A DNA stretch of 64,000 nucleotides from Lytechinus pictus (GCF_037042905.1 NC_087250.1:8620001-8684000); one strand, 5' to 3'. Shown: positions 26,207-40,021, numbered from the stretch's first letter. The notes: generated by a model from the sequence alone, not told the origin. Program-made: numbers and translations.

Positions 26207-26452
26207 TAACACCCGGAATGATGACAACCTTGTTTGGCACACCGTCCAGAACATCGCCTCCAATCTTATGCGGGGACACCTGTCCCCATACCACCATATT
26301 TGTCACGAAGTCATAGGTCATGACCCCCGGTCGGTGGATATATTCGAAGAGCGCCCTCTGGTATATCTGATCGGTCAGGACCATTCCCGGTTCTATATCA
26401 CTGTGGTATATTCCGAAATTGGTCTGGTCCACAAAGAAGACCTTGTCCGCAA
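26207..26452 (-). CDS. Coding exon 2, beta-propeller (ADKVFFVDQ...IIPGV)
   Basis: CAG acceptor and GTAAGT donor, 246 nt, phase 1-1, open frame, YWTD-like FFVD and VWGQ motifs; conserved in paralog at 500-745. Confidence 0.9.
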
Positions 26453-26626
26453 CTGCCGAGTAAAACATAAAAAAAAAAAAAATAAAAAAAAAAATAAATA
26501 AATAAAATAAGCGTGATCGAATAAATGACGTAACATATAACTAATGATAATTGAATCAATGAAGTTTGCTGCGGCGACGATTGCTCCGCTATAAATCTCA
26601 CACACCAATCGAATGACTGATTTTAA

Positions 26627-27237
26627 AGGTCAAGTCCACCCCAGCAAAGTGTTGATTTTAATAAATAGAGAAAAATCAAACTAGCATATCACTAAAAATT
26701 TCATCAAAATCGGATGTAAAATGAGAAAGTTATGGCATTTTAAAGTTTCGCTTATTTTTCACAAAACAGTGATATGCACAACTCAGTGACATGCAAATGA
26801 GACAGTCGATGATGTCCATCACTCACTATTTCTTTTGTTTTTTATTGTTAGAATTACACAATATTTCATTTTTTTACAGATTTGACCATAGGGACCGACT
26901 TGACTGAATCATATAGTATTAAACAATGCTAATTCCACATGTTCAGAGAGGAATGAATCACTGTAATTTGTTGCACTTGACAATGAGGAGAAAATTATAA
27001 TATTTCATATTTCATATAATAAAATACAAAAGAAATAGTGAGTGGATGACATCATCAGTCTCCTCATTTGCATACCAACCAGGATATGCATATAACTGTT
27101 TTGTGAAATTAAGCGAAACTTTAAAATGCCATAACTTTCTTATTTTACATCCGATTTTGATGAAATTTTCAGTGTTATGCTTGTTGGATTTTTCTGTTTT
27201 TATTCAAATCAATTTTTTGTTGGGGTGGACTTGTCCT
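26627..27237. mobile_element. AGGTCAAGTCCACCCC-family Kolobok-type MITE
   Basis: TIRs, TTAA/TTCA flanks, empty TTAA site in the paralog at about 885. Confidence 0.9.
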
Positions 27238-28351
27238 TTCAGCATGGATTACACACTACACTCTCTAAACCTAACATAAAACCTTATTGCAACCCTTACA
27301 CTACATCCTATATAGACAAAATAAAGCCCGCGGAAATTGTCGCAGGAGCAAGTGTCGTGACACCTCACAGTGCAGTGCAATTCTTATCACCCGACTGGTG
27401 ACAATTTTGAAGAATTCTTCTGGTGTAACATTGGGTTCCATAAACATTTGCTCCGGCGACTATTGCTCAGCTCTAAATTCCACACACTAATGGAACGGCC
27501 AACTTCAACCCTAGGTTTTACACTATACCCTATACTGTACCTAAACCCTAAACCTAACGTAAAACCCTATTGCAATCATAACTCTAACCCTATATCTTAA
27601 ATGAAATTAGGGCCGGAGCAATTGTCGCAGGGGCAAATGTCGTGTCACCTTCTTTTGACATCATAAAGACTAAAAGCGGAGCGATGTTTTGGGAATTGGC
27701 ATATTCTAGACGCCAAGGTGGTACGTATATGCTCAATCGTGTCTTATATTGGTAACATTCCAATCTGATATGCAAATTAGTGCTACAATTTTAACACCAG
27801 ATACCAGAAGGAGAGGAACGATTTTAAAGGACACGTCGAAGAAAAGAAAGAAAATAATAGTAGGCCTAACGAGTTGGCGGTAATAGTCAAATATGACTGG
27901 TCGCCATTAATATCCAACAAACAACAACAACCTCTATCGTTCGAGTCTCCCACATGTTTAAGACCCGATTTGCGACGCCCGTATGAGGCGGTTCAGAAAA
28001 TACATAATTTTGTACAAGAATTACGCATGTCGGACCAAAATTTGCTCAAAGCTCGATTTCGGATTCAACTCCAATACAAATTGTTTTCAGCCAAATATCA
28101 TAAGGATCAATATTTATTCATTTTATGTTGTTAATGATCGAATAAGCGTCAACGACAAATTTCATCGACATCAAACAATGAAAACTAAAGGTATTTAATA
28201 GAACGAATAAAACGAAATTACAAAAACAATACATAAGAAATTGATCTAATATTGCGGCTATATGATATAAAAAAATACCCTGCCTTAACTTATGAGGTTA
28301 AATCTGTGTCAAAGACCCCTCCCCATCCCCCCGTCCGATTTTTTTACTTAC

Positions 28352-28400
28352 CACATGAACAATAGAAGCACATAGAGATGATGCAAAGAAACGACTTCAT
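28352..28400 (-). CDS. Coding exon 1 (signal peptide MKSFLCIISMCFYCSC) of YWTD-propeller/EGF-repeat type I membrane protein
   Basis: ATG at 28400, hydrophobic N-terminus, phase-1 GTAAGT donor at 28351 that joins exon 2 in frame; upstream TTTTTCAG acceptor at 28419 implies a further 5'UTR exon. Confidence 0.8.
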
Positions 28401-29517
28401 TGTGACGTCACTCGTTACCTGAAAAATATAATTTGACAAAAAAAAGATATATATTCATAATCACCTGAGGCGAGCAACAAAAAGTCTAGCAATAATCGTA
28501 GAAAAATATCTTTAAGATCGATTGCATTGAATACAATTGATAGTAAAAAGCAAGCTTACATTAAATCGCTAACCTCTGTGCTACGGGATCCTGATTTGAA
28601 AGCGTACGCCTTCGCAAGTCTCTTGTTGAAAGCGACCGCGACAGATTAAACAGGAAGAAGAAAAAAATACATAGACCTAGATATACGCGAGGGTCCTGGG
28701 GGAAATAATGAGGTACAAAACCTTTGCCCGCGATCAATCACTGCTTATATCTACAATTATAAAAAGTAAGTATACTATTTCATGCGTTTGAAAGTGAATC
28801 CTGCAAACCGAAGCCATGTCGAATTGACGTTATTAGACGGTCGATATTACTGTTATCATGACTTTAGTCACTTGAAAGCTTAATTTAATCAATATTGCAT
28901 TCCTCAAGTGAAAAAAGGGCACATAGATTTAGAACTCATCCATTGTACAATATAAAGATTATATACCGTGAGCTGCTGATCGATAACTGTGGAGAGTTGT
29001 ATTTTAATGGCAGTTTATATATGAAGTTCCCGCCAGATAATAAGCAATTATGAGCGTAAAAAGTCATGCGTCAACGAATCATTACCTTTTAGATAATGCT
29101 ATACCAACAATGGACCGGCTCCCTCCCCTTAGGAAGAATAAGAAATTAATTTGGAGGCAGGATACACGCTGAACCCCCTCCCTAAACAATTTTCCTTTCT
29201 TGCATAATAGCGCGCTCATACGATTCAAAACACAACCTACATTGTTTCCTGACGTAACAGCGTAGTAAGCTAGATCATACTTACGACATTATTACATTAC
29301 AAATCGATCGCTTCCTTTTTTTATGTGTCAATGCGGCACATCTTTGCTGTTTTAAAGGAAATATTACTTCCTTTAATAAAATGGGCAAATTTGGTTCCAA
29401 ATGTTTAGTTCTAGGAAGTGATCAACGGCAGTTAAATGAAACCAAGTTACATTGTGAAATGAATGCATGTATGGGTATGATGGTAATACAGCTGGTGTAT
29501 ACTGCACTGACGAAATC

Positions 29518-29700
29518 AGGGGGTCGTTTCATAAAGCTGTTCGTAAGTTAAGAGCGACATTAAGAACGACTGGTGAACCTTTCTTGTGGGAAATGATATT
29601 CACTAGTAAATGTTCATTGGTGATTATTTAGCGCGTAAAAAAGATCACCAGTCAGTCATAAAGTCGCTCTGAACTTCCGAACAGTTTTATCATGTTTATG
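29518..29700. mobile_element. Small palindromic MITE
   Basis: AAAGCTGTTCGTAAGTTAAGAGCGAC and its inverted partner. Confidence 0.6.
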
Positions 29701-30468
29701 AAGCACCAACCCAAGCTATTAGAAGAGGGATGAGCTGCCCCCATAATGTTCGTTTAAAGTTATTACTCAATTCTGGTGAATCATGTTTGTTCATTTTATA
29801 ATTTTGTCTCGTTCTGACCGTGGGGGTTTTTAACATCTCTAATTTGCCTGATATAGCGAGGAAATCTCACTATAGTATCGATAATTATATTTGGTCAAAA
29901 ATGGGGAGGGGGACCCTTTTTCATTTCGGATTATTAATTCTTTGTTGTACCCTACTTACACTAGGCCTATCCATATAATCCAATTTGCCTATGGTAATAA
30001 TTGGATCATTTCCCAAAGATTGTCTTCATTTTCTCTTTCTCTCCATAAAAAAGGAAGTTGATAGAAGTCTGCTGCTCCATTCCTCCATGTTGTTCACCCC
30101 CAGGTAGATAGAAGTCTGCTCCATCCTTTTCACGATCTCCCCCCCCCCAAAAAAAAGGTATAGTTAGAAGTCTGCTCAATCCCTTTCATGATCTTGTCCC
30201 CCCGGAAGGTTGTTAGAAGTAGCTGCTCCACTCCTTTATGATCTTGTTCATCACCCCCGCCTCCGCCCAGGGGGGGGGGGGGGGGGGGCAGTCAAATATA
30301 TTGATGTACACACGCGTGACCAATGAATTTCCAAACACCCTCTAAACGAGTTTTTCTCTGGATGCAAAATAACCCCCTAAACAAGTTTTTCGCGGGCTTT
30401 ACTTGCACATTTTGGCCCCTAAACAATTAGTTGTCGCCAAAATATGACCTCGGGGGAAAAAGCTTGGG

Positions 30469-32439
30469 GGTATCACAGGCCTAATTCATTTCCCATAGAC
30501 TCGTGCGTTAAAGTGGCACTTAAAAAATTCATTAAAAATAAGGACGAAATTCGAGGGTTGAATGTTTACTATCAGTGGACAGGATATATGTCTGAGATTC
30601 CATATCTGACCAGAAAAGGGTACCTCGACCGGCTCATTTTAAAAATAAATCGGCATTTATGAAGACTACACCTGCCGGGACCAAATTCATCACTTGAGAG
30701 AGTAAAATGGCCCTAATTCTTCCGCCAGTAAAAAAATAGTTCCAAAGTAGTGATATATCTTTCCAATTTGGAAAAAGAAAGTTCAGTAGGTACCCTCCCT
30801 AGAATCAGTGTTAGATTGTCAATCATATTCATTCATTTTTGTCAATCAGCAATATCAAATTTCAAAATTGAGCAATGGGTTGGCTCGAATGAATATTTTT
30901 GGCCTGCCAGTTGTAGTTAGGCCCGTGTGACCTTTATTATATGGCACATGAAGCCAGGTTTCTTTTTAAATTCCTGGCTTTTCTTTAACATCTGTACACT
31001 CACTTTATCACAAAGAAATGCATGAAATATACATATGTGTTGTGTAATGACCAATTTTAATGTTACTCCTGTATGTCTAGTGCCATATGGATTTACACAC
31101 ATCCTACCTGCCTATATATGTAGTTCAACAATGAATGGATGCAATGTAGGGCCCTAATCCTATAATGTAAAATTGTAGATAAGCATAGTGTGCATATCTG
31201 GATGCAAGAACTGCCCACAACATAAATACAAGATTTACATGAGTTAAATGAGATAACAATAAAAAGAAATGAGAATTAACATACAAGCATACTATACATT
31301 CACATCTTCCTATGACAAGGGGTGTAAGAAAGAGAGAGAGAGAGGGGGTTAGATGGCTTGTATTCTAAAGGGATGGGGGCTAGTCTGGCTAGAAATAAGT
31401 GAAAGTTAGAACAAGATAGCAGTAGCACTCATTCTCAGCCACCCCCCAGACATACTTACTCTGCTTTACTCTACCCCTCCCTCCTTCTTGAATCCACCAC
31501 TCTTCAGTCAAATTCTAAAGTTCTCTCTTCTCCATCCCTTTCCCATGAGCCATTTCCACAATTGCAATTGATCAAGGCTTATCTAATGTTTAGTGTAACC
31601 TGTAATGGGTGCTATACACGAATACAGCAGCGCTCGTTGGTATACGAAAACACACGAAAACATGCAACACAGAGACTAACGTTAGCCTAAGTTACACAGC
31701 CTAGCCTAGCCCTAGGTATACAAACACAAAGGTACTAATCACAATTCATTACCTGACATACCCCCTATACAGCCTTGCATATAACCATTAAGTCAGTTTT
31801 TGGACCTCTTGATGATTGAAACATGTATACTAGTGCAAATAATTTGCTACTGAAGAGTTTGGGCAGGTATTTCATCCACTAGGGAATTCCCCTTGTAGGC
31901 TATAGTCAAGGTCATTTTAGGTATCACAGGCCTAATTCATTTCCCATAGAATCGTGTGTTAAAGTGGCACTTTAAAAAATTCATAAAAAATAAGGAGGAA
32001 ATTCGAGGGTTGAATGTTTACTATCAATGGACAGGATATATGTCTGAGATTCCATATCTGACCAGAAAAGGGTACCTCGACCGGCTCATTTTAAAAATAA
32101 ATCGGCATTTATGAAGACTACACCTGCCGGGACCAAATAAATATTCATATCTGAATAACACGCGCCTCAAAACCCAAGATAACAACAACGAATTCATCAC
32201 TTGAGAGAGTAAAATGGCCCTAATTCTTCCGCCAGTAAAAAAATAGTTCCAAAGTAGTGATATATCTTTCCAATTTGGAAAAAGGAAGTTCAGTATGTAC
32301 CCTCCCTAGAATCAGTGTTAGATTGTCAATCATATTCATTCATTTTTGTCAATCAGCAATATCAAATTTCAAAATTGAGCAATGGGTTGGCTCGAATGAA
32401 TATCTTTGGCCTGCCAGTTGTAGTTAGGCCCGTGTGACC
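30469..32439 (+). mobile_element. Non-autonomous element with long terminal direct repeats (KolobokP-like)
   Basis: Direct repeats 30469-30932 and 31920-32439, each with short imperfect TIRs (GG..CC), TGGG TSD, TTTA at both inner junctions. Confidence 0.8.
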
Positions 32440-32588
32440 TGGGGGAAAAATACCCTACACACGTTAGTCTAAAAAAAAGCTTTGGGGGAAAAAACATACC
32501 CTAAATACGATTGACCCCGCGATTGACCATTGCCCAGTCATTCAAAACCACCCTATTTCTTGAAAATCTGTGTTTTTTATACCCTTAA

Positions 32589-33172
32589 AGGACAAGTCCA
32601 CCCCCAAAAAATTGATTTGAATAAAAAGAGAAAAATCCAACATAACACTGAACATTTCATCAAAATCGGATGTAAAATAAGAAAGTTATGACATTATAAA
32701 ATTTTGCTTAATTTCACAAAACAGTTATATGCACATCCTGGCGGATATGCAAATGAGGAGACTGATGACGTCATCCACTCACTATTTCTTTTTTTTTTTA
32801 TATGAAATAGGGAATATTCTATATTTCTCCCCATTGTCAAGTGAAACAACGATTAATTCCTCCCTGAACATGTGGAATGAGTATTGTTTAGTGCTATATG
32901 ATTTAGTCAAGTTGGTCCTTATTGTCAAATCTATAAAAATGAAATACTGTATAATTCAAACAATAAAACACAAAAGAAATAGTGAGTGAGGGACATCATC
33001 GACTGTCTCATTTGAGTTGTGAATATCACTGTTTTGTGAAAAATAAGGAAAACTTTAAAATGTCATAACTTTCTTAGTTTACATCCGATTTTGATGAAAT
33101 CTTCAGCGTTTTGCAAGTTTGATTTTTTTTTTATTTATTCAAATCAACATTTTTCTGAGGTGGACTTGACCT
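32589..33172. mobile_element. AGGACAAGTCCAC-family Kolobok-type MITE
   Basis: TTAA TSD, TIRs; empty site in the related element at about 46914. Confidence 0.88.
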
Positions 33173-34576
33173 TTAACGAGTCCACGTGCGGACCGCGTCC
33201 AAAACTGAAAAAAAAAAAACACCCCTTAAAACGCGTGTGTACAGCAATATATTTGACTGGCCCCCGGGCCTACGCCACACTGATCTCTGACCCGTTGCAG
33301 GAAGAGTTGCGATCAAACGCAACTCAAAATATCTTGCGCAACTTGATTTTAAAGCACCCGTATTTGGGACGTGCGCTTGATAGTTTGACTTGCGTTTAAA
33401 CGCAACTCTTTCTGCAACAGGCCCCTGGATAGCCAGGTGATCCTGGATGACCACAGCTTGAGTAAAAATAATGACCTCGGCCACAATATTGTCTCTTAGA
33501 GTATTTTTTTTTGTTCGTCTTCCCATGCAAGAGTCCACTTGAAAACCAGGCAATTGAAAGCAGATATTCAGTAGCGTGATTCGAAGTGTCAGACGAACAA
33601 GTTTGGCCTTACTAAGTAGGATCGCTGACATATTACCAGAATAATAAGGGCCATACTGGGTAATCTTCAGGCGCGGATCCAGCATTTTGTTTAGCTCTCT
33701 CTTAGTTTTTTTTAATTTTATATACGCCATGCCTGTTGCAGCTCGGCTTGACTGTGTAGACTGTGACCTCCAATTACCTGATTACCCAACTAAAAAACGA
33801 TTGATGAAACTAGTAAAACAGATTGATTTTACCCCCTATTAGGGTGAAGGCTGATTGTGTAACGGATGAATGGCCCGTAGACTCCTTCTAATCCCACTAC
33901 CTGTATCTGACTGACAGCTCATCTAAAATACATTACATAATCATTTTCTCTCCGCAAGCGTCATGTTAATTGATTAGTATTGTGTTGTAGGAAATCAAAG
34001 AGATCAATCATGTATACTGTTTGTATAAGGTTACAAAGGGGTGACGTAAGGATATTCCTAATAAGGGGGTGGCCGGGGGCATGAGAGGTGGTCTTGCACG
34101 ATTTCCTAAGAACTCTTCTTTCCTCCCTTTCCTTTACTTTTCTAACTGATATAGATTCAACAAAGAAATTATTCTGTTTTGAAAAAAAAGGAAAGCAAAT
34201 TAACAAGGCAACAATAGTCAAAACTGACTAGTTTGCCTATTGAAAATAACAACAACACCATGATGGTGACGTAATTTTTCTTTCCAAGGAACAACGGGAG
34301 TAACATCATGAATATTGAGTGTTCGACTAGACTTCGCTTTTAATATACGAATTCCTCCTTTTCTTTCCATTTTTCTTCCTTTTCCCACTTAAGCTCTTAC
34401 TACTTTTTCAGGAGGAAGGTGTGGTTGATCATGTCCCGTGGAGCTCTGCCACTGAGGTAACAAGAAAAAAAAAATTACGAAGAATGTCTTTTAAAAAAAC
34501 TCGATCAACTCCGTGTCACTCCTATGGTACAATGTATCTGCTTGATCAAGCATCACATTCAGTGATGAAAAGGGGG

Positions 34577-35184
34577 CCCGGGGGCCATTTACCATGTTTA
34601 CATTGACGAGTGGATATCATGCGCGACCAAACAAAAAAAAAAGCATAAAACATTATGTCTTTTTCAAGATAGGGCGCGTTAATTACGTAACGTAATAAGG
34701 GTGTCAAAAACACTAAAATTATGAAAAAAGGGTATCTATCTATTTCGCTACGAAAGCTACGTGTTTAGGGTCAAATTTGCGAGGGTATAAAAAGACTAAA
34801 AATGTTTTATAAAGGATGTACCTTTTACCCCAACAGTCAACGTGTTTAGAGTCCGATCTGCGCGAGGTGTGCATGGGAGCTAGGTTGGGCCGTACTCTAA
34901 AACCATGAAGCTATAGCTTCATGCTAAAACCAATGATGTAGGTACGGTAAAACCAGGGAAGTATAACACTTCCCTGGTAAAACATCGCTGTACTTAATGT
35001 TTAGGGGTTCAATTCAGGGAATTGCCAAGGGTATCGTTTTGTTTAATTGTTAAGGGCGGGGTTTCATACGCCAATACTTGTTAAGGGGTGCATTTTCAGA
35101 ATATGGAAAATACTTGTTTAGGGTGCTTTCGGGACCCCATGGTTGCGCATGGTATCCACTCGTCAATGGAAGTGGCCCCCCGGG
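34577..35184. mobile_element. CCCGGG-ended MITE
   Basis: TIRs, AAAGGGGG on both flanks. Confidence 0.75.
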
Positions 35185-35550
35185 AAAGGGGGATTATTCA
35201 GCATCATCAATTACGGAATATTATGGTCTAGACTCTTGAAGTGAAATAAAAGAGGATATAACAAGGGATTTATTGAAGCACAGCTATAAGCCGATGTTAA
35301 GAACTAAGAACGTTTTTATTATGATCATGGCGTACTATGACTGAACGCCTAATACGAACAACAATATCACTTTAGACGAATGTGCAAGGTGTGATTTCCA
35401 TCATGGCTAAAAGGACACCGAATCCACATTCGGACCCCCCCCCCCGCCCCCTCTCCCCACTCAATTTTTGTTTTGGTTGAAATCGCGGCCATGACAAACT
35501 TATCAGATGGAGACAGCAGGTGTTTCTAAAGCACGACCCCCAGGTGTTAC

Positions 35551-36134
35551 AGGGATACTCCAGGCTGAAGATATTCATATTTCAATAAATAGATCGAGTA
35601 AACTTCACGTACAGAGCAAAATGCTGAAAATTTGATCAAAATTGGATAACAAATAACAAAGTTATTGAATTTTTAAGACTTTCATTATTCCAATGAAACA
35701 TTCTTCTTGAATATTCAATGAGCAAACTGATGATGTTATATACCCACTTGTTCTTTTTTATTTTATTAGATGAAATTAAGTTTATTCAAATTTTTTCTAC
35801 CAAGATTGACAACTGATTAAGTGCATTAGTTATTTATTGCTGCAACTTATTTCATCATAATGGAGACACATCATGTATGAGAAAATGAAACAAATATGAT
35901 TTCTTGTAATAACATATTAAAGAAAAAAGGAAAGTGGGGAAGTAACATCATCAGCTCACCTTATGAATATTCATGATGATGTGCATTATAACGATTTCCA
36001 CAAAATATAGCTAAACTTTAAAATTCAATAACTTTGTTATTTGTATTCCGATTTTGACGAAATTTTCAGCACGTTGCTCCGTGGATTTTAATCTATATAT
36101 TCGCATACAAATATTTTCAGCCCGGAAGACCCCT
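35551..36134. mobile_element. AGGG..TCC(A/G)GGCTG-family Kolobok-type MITE (others 38552-38942, 42897-43499, 47315-47765)
   Basis: TIRs, TTAA-like flanks, homologous bodies. Confidence 0.8.
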
Positions 36135-36381
36135 TAAACATTGTGTAACGAATTACGTGAGTCATCAATGCCATGACATAAAAGCTGAGCAGAGCTAGCC
36201 TTCTATTGTTTTCATCAATTAGAATGTCTATTTAATTTTTTTTTTAATGTAGCAGTTCGATCAATGTATAGGATCTAGCCTACATCCATTCCAACACAAT
36301 GCTCTGGTAAATAATTTCTTTACTAAATACTCGTAATGTTGCAGACGTGTCGAGTACAGAGGCTACAAATTAATTAAAAAA

Positions 36382-36623
36382 ACTGAAAAAACTCCGGTGT
36401 TAAATTACACCAGCCCGGAACTTATATAATGTCCACACCAGAGAAGTGTTAAACACCACCAGTTTCGTTTTGGTCTAACACCAGATGTGTTTATACAACA
36501 CCAATTAGTATTAAAACATCATCGGTTTGATTCCAAACTTGTGTTATTTCAATATAGTTATCTAGTGTGGACATATATAGATTCCGGGCTGGTGTTAAAT
36601 CAACACCGGAGTTTTTGCAGTGT
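36382..36623. mobile_element. AACACC-rich palindromic MITE (relative at about 39066-39293)
   Basis: CCGGTGTTAAAT..ACACCAGCCCGGAA inverted arms. Confidence 0.7.
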
Positions 36624-39600
36624 AGGTCTATGCGTCGGAGCTCGCGGTGCCCTATTACAATTCCTTGATGATAACAGAAAGCTTAGCAAGAATTAAGTTG
36701 TAAACAAGGGATTATCACGGAGTGCACAAAAGAGTAGAATGCGTGAAAGAGATGGGACAACTGAATACCCATGGGAAATGTAAACACTTTGCTGGTACAT
36801 GAACTTGTTAAGAAGGAAATAGCATTTTTGTAGTCAATGGTCATTCCCATTTTATTCAACAACCCCCCCCCCCGGAATAACAAACAGACTGTAGGGGAAG
36901 TTGAGCATAGGGGCAAGTTGAGCCAACCCCTCCCCCAAGGCCAATAATGAATGAGTCAGACATTGTGGTGGTGTCATGTATTGATGACCCATTGCATAAC
37001 CCTTAGCCCCACCACATTGTTTTCAACTTTGAAACCAAAAGTACTTTTCTAGAGGGAAAAATGCAAATTTCAGCCAAAAAAGTAAAAGAGGGTGTGAAAT
37101 AGATCAATGTTTTTTCCCCACACACGTCTTTGAATATAATAAAAAAAAAGAACAATATTTTTAGTCCAGGTATGGATTCTCATTCTTGTCATAGTCTTTT
37201 ACATGATGGATGCATAAGAAATGTGTGGATGTGAAATTATCGCATGAAGTTCGGACTGGGGTAATTTGAGCCAGCCAGCATGGGGCAAGTTGAGCCATAC
37301 GGTAATTATTATGGTAATGTAAAATAAAAATTGGCATGCTGGTTCTTCCTGCATACATTGTGTATTGAGTTAGGCGCAGTTGGCAAGTGTGTGTTGTATT
37401 TTAATATGTGAGCATAAAGAAGATCAGCTCAGAAAGTTGGGGCTTGAATACTAACTCATTACACAATTTAAAGAAAGCACGTTGCCTGTAACTAGAACAA
37501 GAGGTTTTCAATCTTTTTTTTTTTAATTGTTTAAACTTTTTAAAACAACTTGTTTAAAAAGTTTAAAAAGTTGTTTTAAAAGTCTCAAGAGTAGTTGTTA
37601 GAGTGACGGGCTTAAACAACGTGCTTAAAACTTTAAACAGCGTTAATTACAGTGCAAGAGTTATGCATGGTCTTATGATGGAGTTAATGAGATCATTTAC
37701 CAGAGGGGAGAGGAGACACGGTCATATCTATAGTAGGTGAATAACCTTAGCTTATAACATGTATAACAATATCATGAAATTCATTACTCTGGACCATAAC
37801 AATATCAGTGTTCGCTAATACACATACTTCACCTCCTTTTTGCACGATATACACGCGCGAAAGAGTTGGATGCCCGGCATTTGGCGCACTTTGAACAAAA
37901 GCGATATTCGAAACACAAGACATAATAAAATATTATTTTATATCATGCATGAAAATGTATCATGGCCGCCGACTGACAGACTGACACTTAACACCGCAGA
38001 GTGGCACAACCCGTGTTTTTTTTTATTTCGTTGGTACTTAGGTTTTATTGCTGGTACTAAAGGTGTTTAATTTCAATTGTCCTAGGTGTTTTTGAATGAT
38101 TATTGTGATAGTACGTGGAAGATACTTGTACATGAGAAGGTCACATGTGTACAGATATAGTCTTGATGTTTCATTACTCTTATTTCCCCATTAATCCAGG
38201 TATTAAAAGTGCAGGTGTATGATCTATATCATTAAAATGCTAGTCTTGAATGATACAGCCCTACATTTTTAGAGAACTACGGACGATACTTATAATGAAT
38301 TAGCATAATCCTATTTGTATAGAGGAACTGAAATAATTTTGCGAGGAATATACGTATTTTGCTACTTGCTAACGCAGTAACTGCAGTACGAATGTGTATG
38401 TGTAGTGAAATTAGCATACTAATATTTATTAAAAAACGACTATATTACGAGACTACACATGCTCAGAATGTTGCATTGTGGTTAGGAACCTGCCCAGATG
38501 TTAGTACTTCAGGACTGGAGGTGCAAGGCTGCTCTTTCATATCTACTTTGAAGGGGTACTCCAGGCTGAAAACAGTAACTGAACCATAAAATGTTAAACA
38601 ATGGTAGTTCCACATGTTCAGGGAGAAATAAAACTTTGTTTTGAAAGGAAAGTGAGGACAAAATTAGAATATTTCACATAATCAATTGCAAAAAAAATAG
38701 TGAGTGATGTCATCAGTTCCCTCATTTGCATACCGACGGAAATGTGCATATAACTGTTTTATGAAGTTGAGCGAAACTTGAAAATGTCATAACTTTCTTA
38801 TTTTATATCCAATTTTGATGAAATTTGTAAATTTGTAGTGTTATGCTTGTTCGATCTCCTCCCTTTTTTTTTTATTAAAAAAACTTTTCACTTGGGTAGA
38901 CTTGTCCTTTAAATATATATATTTTGAGCCCGGAGTACCCCTTTCAGTTTGGAAGAAAAGACACCATAGGACATGAACCGGTTGCCTCTTTTCGATTCGA
39001 ATTGAAGAGAATGTTAATAGCGTGTTTTCGCTCGGAGATGTATACTGTATGAGATTTCCGGGCGTACACAGCAAAAACACCGGTGTAGATTTAACACTAG
39101 CCCGGTATCTATCAGGAAACACTAGGGAAAGTTGAAACAACACTAGTTCAGAATCAAACCGAGTGTTGTTTTAACACTGATTGGTTTTGTTTAAATGCCT
39201 AAAGCCAAAGTGGTGCTGTTTTAACAACTCTCTGGTGTTTTCCTATACAGATACCGAGCTGGTGTTAAATTAACACCGGTATTTTTTAAGTGTATGATAA
39301 ACACATTTAAAGTAAATTTCTATTTCATGAAGTCAAGAAATGCATTCCTGTATTATGCTGATATCAATAAATATAATTTGTCTTATTTCAATCCTTCAGA
39401 ATATTTTTTGAGGGGGACCGCCTCACCTGAAATTTCGGAGGGGGGGGGGGGTCCGTCCTCCGCTTTCGCCGTCTATGAATGCTACGAAATCATGGATCTC
39501 GCGCAGCAGGTACAGTCTTTTGGGAAGGAGCTAAAATCGACAAAAAAATTGACCATAAACGTAAAAAAGGGATCGTGACGTTTCCACTTTTACATGATGT

Positions 39601-39683
39601 GGGGGGGGGGGCGACCCCGCGAACCCTTGGTTATACATGTAGTGAGTGGGGTTCATTGTTGATCCTACATTGAGACATCAGCC

Positions 39684-39846
39684 TAGTCTGCAAGCACAGA
39701 CCCTCATTGGAACTTTGATCAACAAGTGTGCCTCTACGCAAAGACTAGCACATACAAAACTTGCTGTTCAGCCTTCAGTACACAAGGCATGAGTAGGCTG
39801 CACATTCAGACCCTTGACTCGAGTGAAGGGTTTGCCCAGCGGACTA
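39684..39846. mobile_element. TAG..CTA element with 9-bp TSD (AcademH-like); inverted relative at 46051-46249
   Basis: TAGTCTGC..GCGGACTA ends, perfect ACATCAGCC TSD; relative flanked by CTTATATCG / CTTATACAG. Confidence 0.8.
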
Positions 39847-40021
39847 ACATCAGCCTTCACTGAATTGAAACATCAACTTGTACTTCTCCGAGAATGTACT
39901 TCTCCGAGGACAGACCTGTTGAATATAAAACTTGGGTTTCATGTCCGCAGACTATTTGGCTCCTTTCCAAGCTTATGACCATGATGGCTTTAAAGAAACC
40001 GATTACAACACACTTTTTTAA

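Larger units (their letters stand above)
30267..33267. mobile_element. GGGGGCAGTCAAAT-family MITE split by two insertions (intact relative 46565-47030)
   Basis: TIRs CAGTCAAATATATTG(A/C)TGTACACACGCGT; remainder co-linear with 46565-47030. Confidence 0.8.

Noticed and set aside
28560..28765. 5'UTR exon and TATA-like promoter for the receptor gene
   Set aside because: GTAAGC donor at 28559 and GATATAAG motif are plausible but spacing to an initiator is off; not supportable without transcript data
33173..33730. 185-aa ORF
   Set aside because: Runs through MITE sequence, no domain signature or supported splice partners
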